IMG/VR virus record: IMGVR_UViG_3300034106_004022
Location: 62,001 to 126,000 of that record
DNA: 64,000 nt
Source of the DNA: an uncultured virus (IMG/VR IMGVR_UViG_3300034106_004022)
Taxonomy: Duplodnaviria; Heunggongvirae; Uroviricota; Caudoviricetes
Strand: one strand, 5' to 3'
Shown here: piece after piece, positions 17,797 through 28,432 of the stretch
Numbering within the stretch: position 1 is the stretch's first letter
Layout of the letters: each line of letters starts with the position of its first letter
Program-made: the position numbers and the translations under genes
Notes under the pieces: generated by a model
Databases searched by the model: none
Told to the model about the DNA's origin: nothing
Seen by the model: only the letters and a program-made list of their open reading frames with translations

Positions 17797-20313
17797 TTGT
17801 ATTCAAACATATATTATCAAAGAGAAAAGAACTTAGTCCATTTGTGGGATGATACTCAAGGGTATAGGAGTTTTCCATATACCCGATATGCTTATGAAAA
17901 AGCAGTAAATGGTGAGTACACCACTCTATATGGAGATAAGGTGACTAAGATTTATAAATTCAAAGGAGATGACCCTACACTATTTGAATCAGATGTACCT
18001 GAAACTACGAGAGTTTTAGTAGATATGTACACCAATTCGGATATTCCATCTGAAGGACACGTTACACTTACATATGATATTGAGTGTGAGATGGAGAGTG
18101 GATTACCTGACCCAGAAAAAGCAGAGAATGAATTAACATCAATTGCACTGCATGATTCTGCTACTAACCAATATTGGGTATTAGTAATGGATAAAAAAGG
18201 TCAAATGGTAGAGCGTAAAACTGATAAAGCTATCGTTATTCCGTTTACACATGAAGAAGATATGTTAATGAAATATTTGGAATTGTATGAGTATATAAAT
18301 CCATCTATTGTAACTGGTTGGAATATTGATTATTTCGATACACCAATGTTATATAATCGTATCAAACGTTTATTGGGTGAAAGACATGCAAATAGATTAT
18401 CACCAATTGGACAGTGTTTTTGGTCACCATATCGTAAAAGGTATTTTATGGCAGGTGTATCTTATTTGGATTACCTTTCACTTTATAAAAACTTCACATA
18501 TTCAGAATTAGATTCATATAGATTAGATACCATTGCTCAAAGAGAATTGGGTAGGGGTAAGATTGAATATGAAGGAAACTTAGATATCTTATTCAGAGAT
18601 GATATTGAAAAGTTTATTGAGTATAACTTAGTCGATGTTGAGTTAGTTGTTGATTTTGATAAGAAACTACAATTCATAGATACCGCTAGAGGTATCTGCC
18701 ACGCAGGACACGTTCCATATGAAGATTTCGTATATTCATCAAAGTATTTGGAAGGAGCATTATTATGTTATCTTAAAAGAAAGAACATTGTAGCACCTAA
18801 CAAACCTGCTGATAGAAGAGAGAGAATGGAAGCTCTTAAGGAAAATAATGAAGAGAAATTCATTGGAGCATATGTTAAAGCACCTATTGTTGGAAAATAT
18901 GATTGGATTTATGATTTGGATTTAACTTCCCTATATCCATCAATCATTATGAGTATCAATATCTCACCAGAAACCAAAGTTGGTAAGTTGGAAGATTGGG
19001 ATGCACAAAAATACTTAAAAGGTGAAGTTAATGAGTATAAAGTTGGTGATAATTACATAACAAAAGAAAATCTAAAAATTCTATTAGAGAAAAGTAAATA
19101 TTCCGTAGCATCAAATGGTGTTATGTATAGAACGGATACACCGGGTTGTATTCCTGATATATTGGACTTATGGTTCTCTCAAAGGGTTGAATTTAGAAAA
19201 TTAGAAAAAAAATATGGTGATGAGGGAGATAAAGAAAAGTACGCATTCTATAAAAAACGCCAGCTGGTTCAGAAAATTTTACTTAACTCTTTATATGGGG
19301 TGCTTGGTCTTCCTGCCTTTAGGTTCTATGATGTTGATAATGCTACCGCTGTTACCACTACGGGACAGACAGTTATTAAAAGCACAGCTGATATGGCTAA
19401 CATCAAATACAATAAGGAGCTTGGCACTCCTGATGCTGACAGTAATATATATATTGATACTGATTCGGTATTTTTCTCCGCAGTTCCTCTTTTAGACCAT
19501 CGAATTCCAAATTGGAAAAATGATGAGCAGGATGTAATTGCTGGTTATGTAAATGATATAGCTGGTGAGATGCAGAATTACCTAAATGACTTCTATGATA
19601 TCTTAGGTAAAAGGGTATTCAACATTGATAAGCATAGATTTGAAATTAAAAAGGAATTCGTATCAAAAGCTGGTATTTGGATTGCTAAAAAGAGATACGC
19701 ACAATGGATTATTTCCGATAATGGTGTACCTTGTGATAGATTGGATGTAAAGGGATTAGATGTGGTTAGGTCATCATACCCAGCGGCTTTCCGTAAGTTT
19801 ATGGGAGAAATATTAATTGAAATTCTTAGAGGTGATACGGAAACCCAAATAACTGATAAAGTTTATAATTTCAAAAAAGAATTGGTTAATATGGATGTTG
19901 TTAAGATTGCTAAAGCCGGAGCAGTTAAAAACTTAACAAAGTACATGCCAAAGAAGAAACAACAAACGGCAATGTTTCAATTCCCATCAGGTTGCCCAGC
20001 ACACGTTAAAGCATCTATTGCATATAATCAACTATTAATTCATTTTGGTTTAGAAAATCAATTTGCACCATTAAAAGATGGTGATAAAATTAAATGGGTA
20101 TATCTTAAACAAAACCCATTTGGATTAGATGCAGTTGGATTAAATGGTTATAGTGACCCAAAAGAAATTATGGACTTAGTAACTACCTACATTGATTATG
20201 ATAAAATCTTTGAAAGGGAACTCCTTAAGAAATTGGAAGATTTCTATGGAGCATTAAATTGGGGAGAGGTTTTATCCTCAACCAAAACAGCAGAAAAGTT
20301 TTTTGCATTTTAA
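17797..20313 (+). CDS. family B DNA polymerase (TTG start)
   Basis: YDIE, GWNIDYFD, YNLVDV, DLTSLYPS, KILLNSLYG, YIDTDS, KKRY. Confidence 0.96.
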   Translation: MYSNIYYQREKNLVHLWDDTQGYRSFPYTRYAYEKAVNGEYTTLYGDKVTKIYKFKGDDPTLFESDVPETTRVLVDMYTNSDIPSEGHVTLTYDIECEMESGLPDPEKAENELTSIALHDSATNQYWVLVMDKKGQMVERKTDKAIVIPFTHEEDMLMKYLELYEYINPSIVTGWNIDYFDTPMLYNRIKRLLGERHANRLSPIGQCFWSPYRKRYFMAGVSYLDYLSLYKNFTYSELDSYRLDTIAQRELGRGKIEYEGNLDILFRDDIEKFIEYNLVDVELVVDFDKKLQFIDTARGICHAGHVPYEDFVYSSKYLEGALLCYLKRKNIVAPNKPADRRERMEALKENNEEKFIGAYVKAPIVGKYDWIYDLDLTSLYPSIIMSINISPETKVGKLEDWDAQKYLKGEVNEYKVGDNYITKENLKILLEKSKYSVASNGVMYRTDTPGCIPDILDLWFSQRVEFRKLEKKYGDEGDKEKYAFYKKRQLVQKILLNSLYGVLGLPAFRFYDVDNATAVTTTGQTVIKSTADMANIKYNKELGTPDADSNIYIDTDSVFFSAVPLLDHRIPNWKNDEQDVIAGYVNDIAGEMQNYLNDFYDILGKRVFNIDKHRFEIKKEFVSKAGIWIAKKRYAQWIISDNGVPCDRLDVKGLDVVRSSYPAAFRKFMGEILIEILRGDTETQITDKVYNFKKELVNMDVVKIAKAGAVKNLTKYMPKKKQQTAMFQFPSGCPAHVKASIAYNQLLIHFGLENQFAPLKDGDKIKWVYLKQNPFGLDAVGLNGYSDPKEIMDLVTTYIDYDKIFERELLKKLEDFYGALNWGEVLSSTKTAEKFFAF

Positions 20314-20345
20314 TTTGGAAATGTGGAAAATAATTCGTATATTTG
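20314..20345 (+). promoter_or_regulatory. Bacteroidetes-type promoter
   Basis: TTTG-N20-TATATTTG. Confidence 0.85.
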
Positions 20346-20377
20346 TATAACAAAAAAGTAAAACTTAAAATTAAATT

Positions 20378-21073
20378 ATGGAAAAATTAAAATTAGATGG
20401 CTTCATCAATCGTTACAACCTTGGTGGTGAAGTAGAATCAGTAATGTTAAAATCAGATGATACAAGCGTATCAGTTAGAATGATTTCAGATGACAAAACC
20501 TTATTAGGTGATGTAAGTGTAGTAGAATCGGAATTCCCAAATGGTGAGTTCGGTATTTACACCACATCTCAATTAAGAGGTTTGTTAAGTGTATTAGATA
20601 ATGGTATCACTGTTGAGGAAGTTACTGGGGCATTGAAGTTCTCTGATAAAGGAACAAAAGTTCAGTATATGTTGGCAGCACCATCAGTTATCCCATCGGT
20701 ACCTGACTTGAAAGCACTTCCACCATTCAATGTAAATATTACATTAGATAATGAGTTTATTAATAAATTCATCAAATCTAAAGGAGCATTAGCTGACGCT
20801 GATACATTTACATTCACTTGTAAAGATGGTAAAGGTGAAATTATCTTAGGATACTCATCAATAAACTCTAACCGAATCTCAATTGGTGTAGATTGTAAAT
20901 GTGAAGGTAATGTGGATGCAATTGCATTCTCAGCAAAATACCTAAAAGCTATCTTAATGGCTAATAGAGGTTCAACAACCTCATCATTACAAATCTCATC
21001 ACAGGGATTGGCAACGTTATCATTTACCGATGGTGACTATGTATCAAATTATTACTTAGTAGAGATTAAATAA
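20378..21073 (+). CDS. sliding clamp (gp45/PCNA-like)
   Basis: EFGIYTTSQLRGLLS, C-terminal NYYLVE; size and position between PolB and clamp loader. Confidence 0.8.
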   Translation: MEKLKLDGFINRYNLGGEVESVMLKSDDTSVSVRMISDDKTLLGDVSVVESEFPNGEFGIYTTSQLRGLLSVLDNGITVEEVTGALKFSDKGTKVQYMLAAPSVIPSVPDLKALPPFNVNITLDNEFINKFIKSKGALADADTFTFTCKDGKGEIILGYSSINSNRISIGVDCKCEGNVDAIAFSAKYLKAILMANRGSTTSSLQISSQGLATLSFTDGDYVSNYYLVEIK

Positions 21074-21093
21074 TAACAACTAAAAAGTAGCAT

Positions 21094-22314
21094 ATGAGCT
21101 TTTGGGATACCGAACCGCAAAAACCAATATTTGTATTTGAAGATGAGAAACAAAAACTCATCGAAAATATGAACTACCTTATGACAATGAGTGTAGAAGA
21201 ACAAACCTTATACAAAAAATGGGTAGAGTTGCAGGAGGAATCTATGTTTAGGGATAAATCCCAAATGGCATCTCTATATGATACTCAATGGAAACCAACT
21301 GATATCAATAATAAGGAACTAACTATTAGAGAAATCGAAGAGTTAGACCCTTATGTTGAGATTGTTGAAGATGATGCAGTACAATCTACCAAATGGACTT
21401 ATGTTCGTAAAATGATTCACACAATGAGTTGGACAGCAAATCCTGGTCGAAATGTGAAGATATTTATAAAAGATAGGAATAGTGGTAAATTGTTAGGATT
21501 AGTTTCATTAGCATCCGATGTAACCGCAATGGGTGTTAGAGATAACTACATTGGTTGGACTAAGGAAGATAAATTTGCTAAAGGTAAACTTAACTATACA
21601 ACTATTGCATCATCTATTGTATGTACTCAGCCACTTGGTTACAACTTCTTAGGGGGTAAGTTAACCGCAATGATGACTACGGTTCCGGAAGTTAGGGAAT
21701 TTTGGAAAAAGAAGTACGGACAAACTCTAATAGCAGTTGGTACAACTTCCCTTTATGGAATACATTCACAATACAATGGAATTCCTCACTTTAAAACATT
21801 AGGTGAATCAGCTGGTAAAATTAGTTTAAAGCCGGATGATAAATTCTATGACCCTTGGCATCAATGGATTAAGGAAAATCGTGCAGAGTGGTATCAAACT
21901 GCTATCACAAACGAACGAATCCGTAATGGGGCTAATATGGGTACTGGTGAAGGAGCTAGTGGACCTGTAAGTGGTATTAAACAAAAGATTTTGGGACAGA
22001 TATTCAAAGAATGTAACATTAAAGCAAATGAATATCATCATGGGTTTAAACGAGGTGTATATCTCGCTATGATTTATGAAAATGGACCTGAGTTCCTACG
22101 TTCAGAAATTGAAGAATCTGAATTGGTAATGAAACCAAAGTTCGCTGAAGGATATGATTACATTAATAAGTGGTGGAAAAGACAGGCAATTAAGAGATAT
22201 TCTAAGTTGCATGATGAAGGTAGATTAAAACCGGAACATTTATATTACATAGATGGTATTGGTGTAGAATGGGAAGATTTTAAGGCTCAGAGATTGAGTG
22301 AAGTAGGTAGATAA
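21094..22314 (+). CDS. DUF4338 / Druantia DruA-like protein
   Basis: NPGR, QPLGYNFLGGKL, TTSLYG..SQYN, LGESAG, KRGVY. Confidence 0.7.
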   Translation: MSFWDTEPQKPIFVFEDEKQKLIENMNYLMTMSVEEQTLYKKWVELQEESMFRDKSQMASLYDTQWKPTDINNKELTIREIEELDPYVEIVEDDAVQSTKWTYVRKMIHTMSWTANPGRNVKIFIKDRNSGKLLGLVSLASDVTAMGVRDNYIGWTKEDKFAKGKLNYTTIASSIVCTQPLGYNFLGGKLTAMMTTVPEVREFWKKKYGQTLIAVGTTSLYGIHSQYNGIPHFKTLGESAGKISLKPDDKFYDPWHQWIKENRAEWYQTAITNERIRNGANMGTGEGASGPVSGIKQKILGQIFKECNIKANEYHHGFKRGVYLAMIYENGPEFLRSEIEESELVMKPKFAEGYDYINKWWKRQAIKRYSKLHDEGRLKPEHLYYIDGIGVEWEDFKAQRLSEVGR

Positions 22315-22330
22315 TAAATAAAAAAACAAA

Positions 22331-23278
22331 ATGGCATTTTTCGAACAAAGTATAGAAGAAAAAGTAGATAATTCATTGTGGGTTGAATCATATAGACCTA
22401 CTCGATTAGATGATTATGTAGGTAACGAACACCTTAAAGCAAAGGTAGCGGGTTATTTAGAAACTGGTGATGTACCACATCTTTTATTGTATGGTAGAGC
22501 TGGTACGGGTAAAACTACATTAGCAAAATTGATTGTAAAATCAATTGAATGTGATTATATGATTATAAACGCATCATCTGAAAACAATGTGGAGACAGTT
22601 CGTAATAAAGTTACCAACTTTGCATCATCACAGGGTTTTAAGAAATGGAAGATTGTAATTTTGGATGAGTTTGATTATATGACTCAAAATGCACAGGCAA
22701 TTCTTCGTAACTTAATGGAAACGTTTAGTGGACATTGTAGATTCATTTTGACTTGTAATTATGTTGAGAAGGTAATTGACCCGATTCAATCTCGTTGCCA
22801 AACTTTCCAAATTGTACCTCCAACTAAAAAAGATGTTGCAGTACAGGTTAGTAAAATCCTTAACAATGAAGGAGTAAAATTCGAAGTTAAAGATTTGGTA
22901 CCAATTATTGATGCTGGGTATCCTGATATTCGTAAGATTATCAATACCTGTCAATTAAATTCAGTAAAAGGTGAGTTGAAAGTAGATACAAAAAATCTAT
23001 TGGAAAACGATTACAAAATGAAAGTTTTGGATATTCTTAAATCAAAAGATGATAAGAGAAATAAGTATATGAATATGAGGCAAACAATTATTGATAGTAG
23101 AGTTACTGACTTTACTGAATTGTTTACATTATTATATGATAAGGTAGATGAATACGCTCCATCTAACACAGCAAATGTTATTATTGCATTATCACAAGGG
23201 CAAAGTAACCATTTCAATTCAATTGATAAGGAAATCCCAATGGCAGCGTGTTTAATTGAAATTTTAAATTTAGTATAA
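22331..23278 (+). CDS. clamp loader ATPase (RFC small subunit / gp44-like)
   Basis: WVESYRP, GRAGTGKT, ILDEFD, IQSRC. Confidence 0.93.
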   Translation: MAFFEQSIEEKVDNSLWVESYRPTRLDDYVGNEHLKAKVAGYLETGDVPHLLLYGRAGTGKTTLAKLIVKSIECDYMIINASSENNVETVRNKVTNFASSQGFKKWKIVILDEFDYMTQNAQAILRNLMETFSGHCRFILTCNYVEKVIDPIQSRCQTFQIVPPTKKDVAVQVSKILNNEGVKFEVKDLVPIIDAGYPDIRKIINTCQLNSVKGELKVDTKNLLENDYKMKVLDILKSKDDKRNKYMNMRQTIIDSRVTDFTELFTLLYDKVDEYAPSNTANVIIALSQGQSNHFNSIDKEIPMAACLIEILNLV

Positions 23279-23592
23279 TGGCGAAAGTATTAGGAATGAA
23301 TAGTGGGAAACCACAAAAACCATCAGCTGAAGCGCAAGCTGGTGGACCAAAAATAGATATAGGTAAATCTAAACCAATCTTATGTGAAAAATGTGGATAC
23401 GATACATTTGTAACTGGTGGTAAGTTTAGAAAAATATCAAAGTTACTAACTGGAACACCACAAGATGTAGTTATCCCAATTGATATCTTTATTTGTGGTA
23501 ATTGTGGTGAAGTATGTGAGGAATTGATGCCACCTGAATTGAGAGTATTAGAACAATTAGATAAGCAAAATACAAACGAACAAACTAAGTAA
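23278..23592 (+). CDS. zinc-ribbon protein
   Basis: CEKC...CGNCG. Confidence 0.65.
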   Translation: MAKVLGMNSGKPQKPSAEAQAGGPKIDIGKSKPILCEKCGYDTFVTGGKFRKISKLLTGTPQDVVIPIDIFICGNCGEVCEELMPPELRVLEQLDKQNTNEQTK

Positions 23593-24041
23593 TGGCAGCT
23601 ACCCTTTTTGACCATATTACACAAATAACCAATGTTCAAAACCCTAAGTATTGGGATACATTGGATGAGAGTGACCGTAAGACCTGGTCAAACTATATGG
23701 TACTCCGTTTTCTATCTATGAAATATGAGTGGGTAGAAACTATCGCTAGTGTTCAACCATATCTTCAGGAAGTACCACCTAAAGCAATGTATTTGGCTTT
23801 AATTGATTTACTCCCAAAGGGTAGACATTTTATGAAATACATCAAACCAAAGGGTGCTGATAAGTATGAGGGATGGTTAATAGATTTGGTAGCTAAAAAC
23901 TATGAAGTATCAAAGATAGAAGCAGAAGATTATCTAAAGATATTATATGCATCTCACACTGGTAAACAAAAAATTATTGAGTTGGCTGAAAACTATGGGA
24001 CAGACCCAAAAGTGATAAAAAAACTAAAAATAAACGTATAA
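23592..24041 (+). CDS. clamp loader small subunit (gp62-like)
   Basis: LFDHI...WSNYMVLRFLSM...KYIK; synteny with clamp loader ATPase. Confidence 0.7.
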   Translation: MAATLFDHITQITNVQNPKYWDTLDESDRKTWSNYMVLRFLSMKYEWVETIASVQPYLQEVPPKAMYLALIDLLPKGRHFMKYIKPKGADKYEGWLIDLVAKNYEVSKIEAEDYLKILYASHTGKQKIIELAENYGTDPKVIKKLKINV

Positions 24042-24051
24042 TAAATCAATT

Positions 24052-24078
24052 AAAGTTTGGAAAATCCAAACTTTTTTT
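24052..24078 (+). terminator. terminator hairpin overlapping a promoter (24056-24087)
   Basis: aaagtttgga-aaa-tccaaacttt-tttt; TTTG-N20-TATATTTG overlaps it. Confidence 0.7.
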
Positions 24079-24105
24079 GTATATTTGTAATATAAAATTA
24101 AAGTT

Positions 24106-24972
24106 ATGGCAAAAGTAAGTTTTTCACAATTCTCAACATGGAGTTCATGTCCTCAACAATATAAGTTGAGATACATCGATAAGTTGGGTGAAAGTTCTGC
24201 CAATATTCATACACTCTTTGGAACCGCAATGCACGAAACAATCCAACATTTCCTTTCGGTTATGTATGGGGTTTCTAAAAAGCAAGCGGAACTAATTGAT
24301 ACTGATAAGTTATTATTAGAATGGATGCGTAAAGAATATATCAAAGAAACTGAAAAACTTAGTTCGGGTGTAATATGTACCCAATTGGAGTTAGAAGAGT
24401 TCTATGGTGATGGTAGAAGAATCCTTGAGTGGTTCAAAAAGAAATTAGATAAGTTCTACACTAAAACTGGGTTTGAATTAGTTGGAATTGAAATTCCACT
24501 TAATGCACCTATTAAAGAAGGTGTATATCTTATTGGATTTATCGATATTGTAATGAGAGATTTATCAACTGGTGAAATTATCATCATTGATTTAAAAACA
24601 TCAACAATGGGATGGAATAAGTACCAAAAAGCTGATAAGTTAAAGAACGCTCAGATTATAATCTATAAAAAATATTATTCTGAATTATTTAATATTCCTT
24701 TGGATAAAATCAAAGTAGAGTATCAGATTATGAGAAGGAAAATGCCTGAAGAGGCTCCATTTCCAATTCCATATATGTCAAAACACATTCCTGCATCTGG
24801 AAAACCAACTGTAAATAAAGTATATGGTGAGTTTATGGAATTTGTGAATAGTGTATTTGATGATGAGGGTAAATTTAGAGATGTTCCATATCCAAAAAAC
24901 CCCGGAGAACGAAAAAAGAATTGTAAATTTTGTGAATTCGGCCAACGAGGTTTATGTGATGGGATTTCTTAA
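24106..24972 (+). CDS. PD-(D/E)XK nuclease (Cas4/RecB-like, 4 Cys)
   Basis: SFSQ..CP, FGTAMHE, GFIDIV, IIDLKTS, CKFC...C. Confidence 0.88.
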   Translation: MAKVSFSQFSTWSSCPQQYKLRYIDKLGESSANIHTLFGTAMHETIQHFLSVMYGVSKKQAELIDTDKLLLEWMRKEYIKETEKLSSGVICTQLELEEFYGDGRRILEWFKKKLDKFYTKTGFELVGIEIPLNAPIKEGVYLIGFIDIVMRDLSTGEIIIIDLKTSTMGWNKYQKADKLKNAQIIIYKKYYSELFNIPLDKIKVEYQIMRRKMPEEAPFPIPYMSKHIPASGKPTVNKVYGEFMEFVNSVFDDEGKFRDVPYPKNPGERKKNCKFCEFGQRGLCDGIS

Positions 24973-25021
24973 CGAAAAATAAATATCCATATACTTATAT
25001 ATATAAATTAATATAAACAAT

Positions 25022-25219
25022 ATGGAAACCCAAACAAAATTAACAACTGTTAAGATTCTAAAGGGAGTATATTCGAATTTTAAAAGTGTATCTTTTGAAT
25101 CGGATGTTACCTTACAAAAATTAGTAAATAGAACTGTAGAGAGATATGTTACAGATGAAAAATTCAGAAACGAAATGAACGAATATCTGAAATTACAAAT
25201 CTCTGGTTCTCAATTTTAA
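25022..25219 (+). CDS. small ribbon-helix-helix-like DNA-binding protein
   Basis: LTTVKI...FK...TLQKLVNRTVERY pattern. Confidence 0.55.
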   Translation: METQTKLTTVKILKGVYSNFKSVSFESDVTLQKLVNRTVERYVTDEKFRNEMNEYLKLQISGSQF

Positions 25220-25242
25220 AAAAAAAGTTATTTCAATAAGTT

Positions 25243-26634
25243 ATGAATAAAAAGAAAAAGATTTTATTGCTTTCTGATGATTTGCGAATGGCAAGTGGTA
25301 TTGCCACTATGAGCAAAGCATTAGTAATGGGTACTGTTGACAAGTACGATTGGTTCCAAGTAGGAGCCGCAATTAATCACCCTGAGCAAGGTAAAGTATT
25401 GGATGTATCTGTTGATGTTGCCGCTCAAACTGGTGTAGCAGATGCTAGTGTTAAAATACTACCTTGGACTGGATATGGTGATGCTGGATTGGTTAGACAA
25501 TTAATCAACGCTGAACAACCTGATGCTATATTACACTTTACCGACCCGAGATATTGGATTTGGTTATATGAGATGGAGCATGAGATTAGACAAAATGTTC
25601 CAATTATGTTTTACGCTATTTGGGATGATTTACCAGACCCATTATATAATCGTAACTATTACGAAAGTTGTGATTGGATTGGATGCATTTCTCGTCAAAC
25701 CTATGGTATCGTATCCCGTTTAACCGCATTAACGGACAAGCCAACTTGGAAACCTCATTCAGATTGGCAGGTATCCTATGTACCACATGGTATTAATTCA
25801 AAAGAATATTTCCCAACAGAAGTACCAGCCGAATTTCGTTCTGAGATATTAGGTGGTAAAGAATATGATTTTGTATTCTTTTGGTCAAACCGAAATATTC
25901 GTAGAAAACAACCATCTGATGTTATTATGGCATTTAAACAATTTTGTGAGGAATTGGGTGAAGAAAAAGCATCTAAAGTTTGCTTAGTGATGCACACACA
26001 ACCTATCGATGAAAATGGTACCGATTTACCAACGGTTTATAGTACATTAGCACCAAATTGTAACGTTATATTTTCAGATAAACGTAGAACTACAAATGAA
26101 TTAAATTACCTATACAATATGGCTGATGTAACAATCAATATCGCTGGTAATGAGGGATTTGGATTAACAACCGCTGAATCTATAATGGCTGGTACCCCAA
26201 TTATCGTAAACGTAACTGGTGGTTTGCAAGACCAATGTGGTTTTAGGTATAAAGATAGTGGAAAATTGGTTAATTCGGAAGATTATATCAAAATTGGTTC
26301 ACTTCACAATTGGAGAGATTGGGAAGATAAATTAGAACCAGGACCTTGGGTTAGACCTGTATGGAGTAGAGCACAATCATTAACAGGTTCAGTTCCAACA
26401 CCATATATTTGGGATGATAAAGTTGATATCTATGATGTTGCTAAAGCAATGATGGATATGTACAATACACCAAAAGAAACTCTTTTAGAGAATGGATTAA
26501 AGGGAAGAGAAGCTTTCATTGGTGAAATAGGATTAAGTTCAGAAAATATGTGTAAAACATTAGTTGATGGAATGGAAGGAACCTTTGAAAATTGGAAACC
26601 TCGTAAATCATACGAACTATTTAAATTGAATTAA
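25243..26634 (+). CDS. glycosyltransferase family 4 (GT-B)
   Basis: VPHGI, NRNIRRK, EGFGLTTAESIMAGTPII. Confidence 0.9.
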   Translation: MNKKKKILLLSDDLRMASGIATMSKALVMGTVDKYDWFQVGAAINHPEQGKVLDVSVDVAAQTGVADASVKILPWTGYGDAGLVRQLINAEQPDAILHFTDPRYWIWLYEMEHEIRQNVPIMFYAIWDDLPDPLYNRNYYESCDWIGCISRQTYGIVSRLTALTDKPTWKPHSDWQVSYVPHGINSKEYFPTEVPAEFRSEILGGKEYDFVFFWSNRNIRRKQPSDVIMAFKQFCEELGEEKASKVCLVMHTQPIDENGTDLPTVYSTLAPNCNVIFSDKRRTTNELNYLYNMADVTINIAGNEGFGLTTAESIMAGTPIIVNVTGGLQDQCGFRYKDSGKLVNSEDYIKIGSLHNWRDWEDKLEPGPWVRPVWSRAQSLTGSVPTPYIWDDKVDIYDVAKAMMDMYNTPKETLLENGLKGREAFIGEIGLSSENMCKTLVDGMEGTFENWKPRKSYELFKLN

Positions 26635-26651
26635 GAAGAAAATAAAAAGTT

Positions 26652-27947
26652 ATGAATAAACCATTATTAGTATATCAAGCTCCAGTATTCACTCGAAGTG
26701 GTTATGGTGACCATGCGAGAGATATCTTACGAAGCTTATTTGAAATGGATAAGTACGATGTTAAAGTTGTACCAACCAGATGGGGAAATACTCCACAAAA
26801 TCAAGTTGACCAAACAACTGAATTTGGTAAAAAGGTATTTGCAAATGTAATTACCGAATTGAACCGAAAGCCGGATATCTTTATGCAGATGTCCGTTGCT
26901 AATGAATTTGAAGCAAAGGGTAATTTTAACATTGGTATTACTGCTGGTGTAGAAACTACTATTTTACCAAAGGAATTTATTGATGGTTCAAATAAAATGG
27001 ATATGGTTATAGTACCATCTCAATTCACAAAGAATTTGATGTTAGGTACTGCATATCAAGAAAAAAATAATCAAACGGGGCAGATAGTAAATGAGTTCAG
27101 AATTAGTAAACCAGTTGAAGTTTTGTTCGAAGGTGTAAATACTGAAATTTACTCAAACCCGGTCAACTCATTAACTGAGTTAGATAAATTAGAAACTGAT
27201 TTTAATTTCTTATTTGTTGGGCATTGGTTAAAGGGAAATTTAGGGCAAGATAGGAAAGATGTAGGTATGGTTATTAAAACATTCGCTACAGTATTCAAAT
27301 ATCTACCTAAAGATAAAAGACCTGGTCTTATTATGAAAACCTCACATGCTGGATTTTCAGTAATGGATAGAGAAGCTACAAGAGATAAGATTGATAATAT
27401 ATTAAAACCATTTGGTAAGGATGCACCTAAAGTATATCTTTTACATGGTGATTTAACTGATGATGAAATGGCATCATTATACCATCATCCAAAAGTTAAA
27501 GCAATGGTTTCATTTACTAAAGGTGAAGGATATGGTAGACCATTAGCTGAATTCACTATGACCGGTAAACCAATTGTTGTTTCTGGGTGGAGCGGACAAA
27601 TGGATTTCTTACCAAAAGAACACACTATATTTTTAGAGGGTTCATTAACAAATATTGATGAATCCGCAGTTGATACATTTATATTAGCAAATGCACAATG
27701 GTTTAGTGTAAACTACTCAGATGCGGCCAACAAATTATATAAGGTATTTAATGATTACGATGTACATTTAAAACAATCGGCTGGATTAAAATCCAACACA
27801 TTAAAGAATTTTACATTAGAAAAAATGCATGAAGTTTTTAAACAAATGATGGAAAGATATGAAAAGGGAATACCGCAGGTAAAACCATTCAACCTACCAA
27901 ATTTAAACAAAAACAAAATGGAATTACCTAAACTAAATAAAGTATAA
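26652..27947 (+). CDS. glycosyltransferase family 4 (GT-B)
   Basis: SGYG, DRKD, GEGYGRPLAEFTMTGKPIV. Confidence 0.9.
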   Translation: MNKPLLVYQAPVFTRSGYGDHARDILRSLFEMDKYDVKVVPTRWGNTPQNQVDQTTEFGKKVFANVITELNRKPDIFMQMSVANEFEAKGNFNIGITAGVETTILPKEFIDGSNKMDMVIVPSQFTKNLMLGTAYQEKNNQTGQIVNEFRISKPVEVLFEGVNTEIYSNPVNSLTELDKLETDFNFLFVGHWLKGNLGQDRKDVGMVIKTFATVFKYLPKDKRPGLIMKTSHAGFSVMDREATRDKIDNILKPFGKDAPKVYLLHGDLTDDEMASLYHHPKVKAMVSFTKGEGYGRPLAEFTMTGKPIVVSGWSGQMDFLPKEHTIFLEGSLTNIDESAVDTFILANAQWFSVNYSDAANKLYKVFNDYDVHLKQSAGLKSNTLKNFTLEKMHEVFKQMMERYEKGIPQVKPFNLPNLNKNKMELPKLNKV

Positions 27948-28432
27948 TGGCAACTACTCCAAATCAGGCAATAAAGTATAAACCACTAATATTAGAAGAA
28001 AAACGTGTATCCCGTTCGGCTGTACAGCCGTATGGGGTATATCGTATATCTACTTACAAATATGCGGATGGTAATAAGGAATCCCTAAGTGGAGCCGATT
28101 CAACTATTATATTCGTAACGGGAATATATGAACAAAAGTTCTCAGCAATTAAATTATCATCAATTAAACCGGAAGATTTTTTCAAATGGTTTAAGAAATT
28201 GGAAGATAAAGCTAATAAAGTTTTAAATGAACAAAAAACTACAAATGTTGGATTATATGATATAGCAACTGTATATGATAGAGGTGGAGAACGTATCTAT
28301 AATAGTTACGTTAAAACTGGTATTGAATTAAAAAAGATTGAAAATCCATATCGTACATATAACAAAGATGGGATTCAATATATGAGTGAAGTATTTTTTA
28401 AGAAAAATGTATTAGAAGAATATTATGGTTAA
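27947..28432 (+). CDS. hypothetical protein
   Basis: coupled ORF, no recognised motif. Confidence 0.6.
   Translation: MATTPNQAIKYKPLILEEKRVSRSAVQPYGVYRISTYKYADGNKESLSGADSTIIFVTGIYEQKFSAIKLSSIKPEDFFKWFKKLEDKANKVLNEQKTTNVGLYDIATVYDRGGERIYNSYVKTGIELKKIENPYRTYNKDGIQYMSEVFFKKNVLEEYYG

Noticed and set aside
21094..22314. Complete Druantia defence system
   Set aside because: No DruE helicase or other dru genes nearby.
24106..24972. CRISPR-Cas locus based on the Cas4-like gene
   Set aside because: Solo PD-(D/E)XK nucleases are common in phage replication modules; no other cas genes or array.
27947..28432. T4 gp2-like DNA end-protector assignment
   Set aside because: Only a vague resemblance (YRTY motif); not supportable without a profile search.
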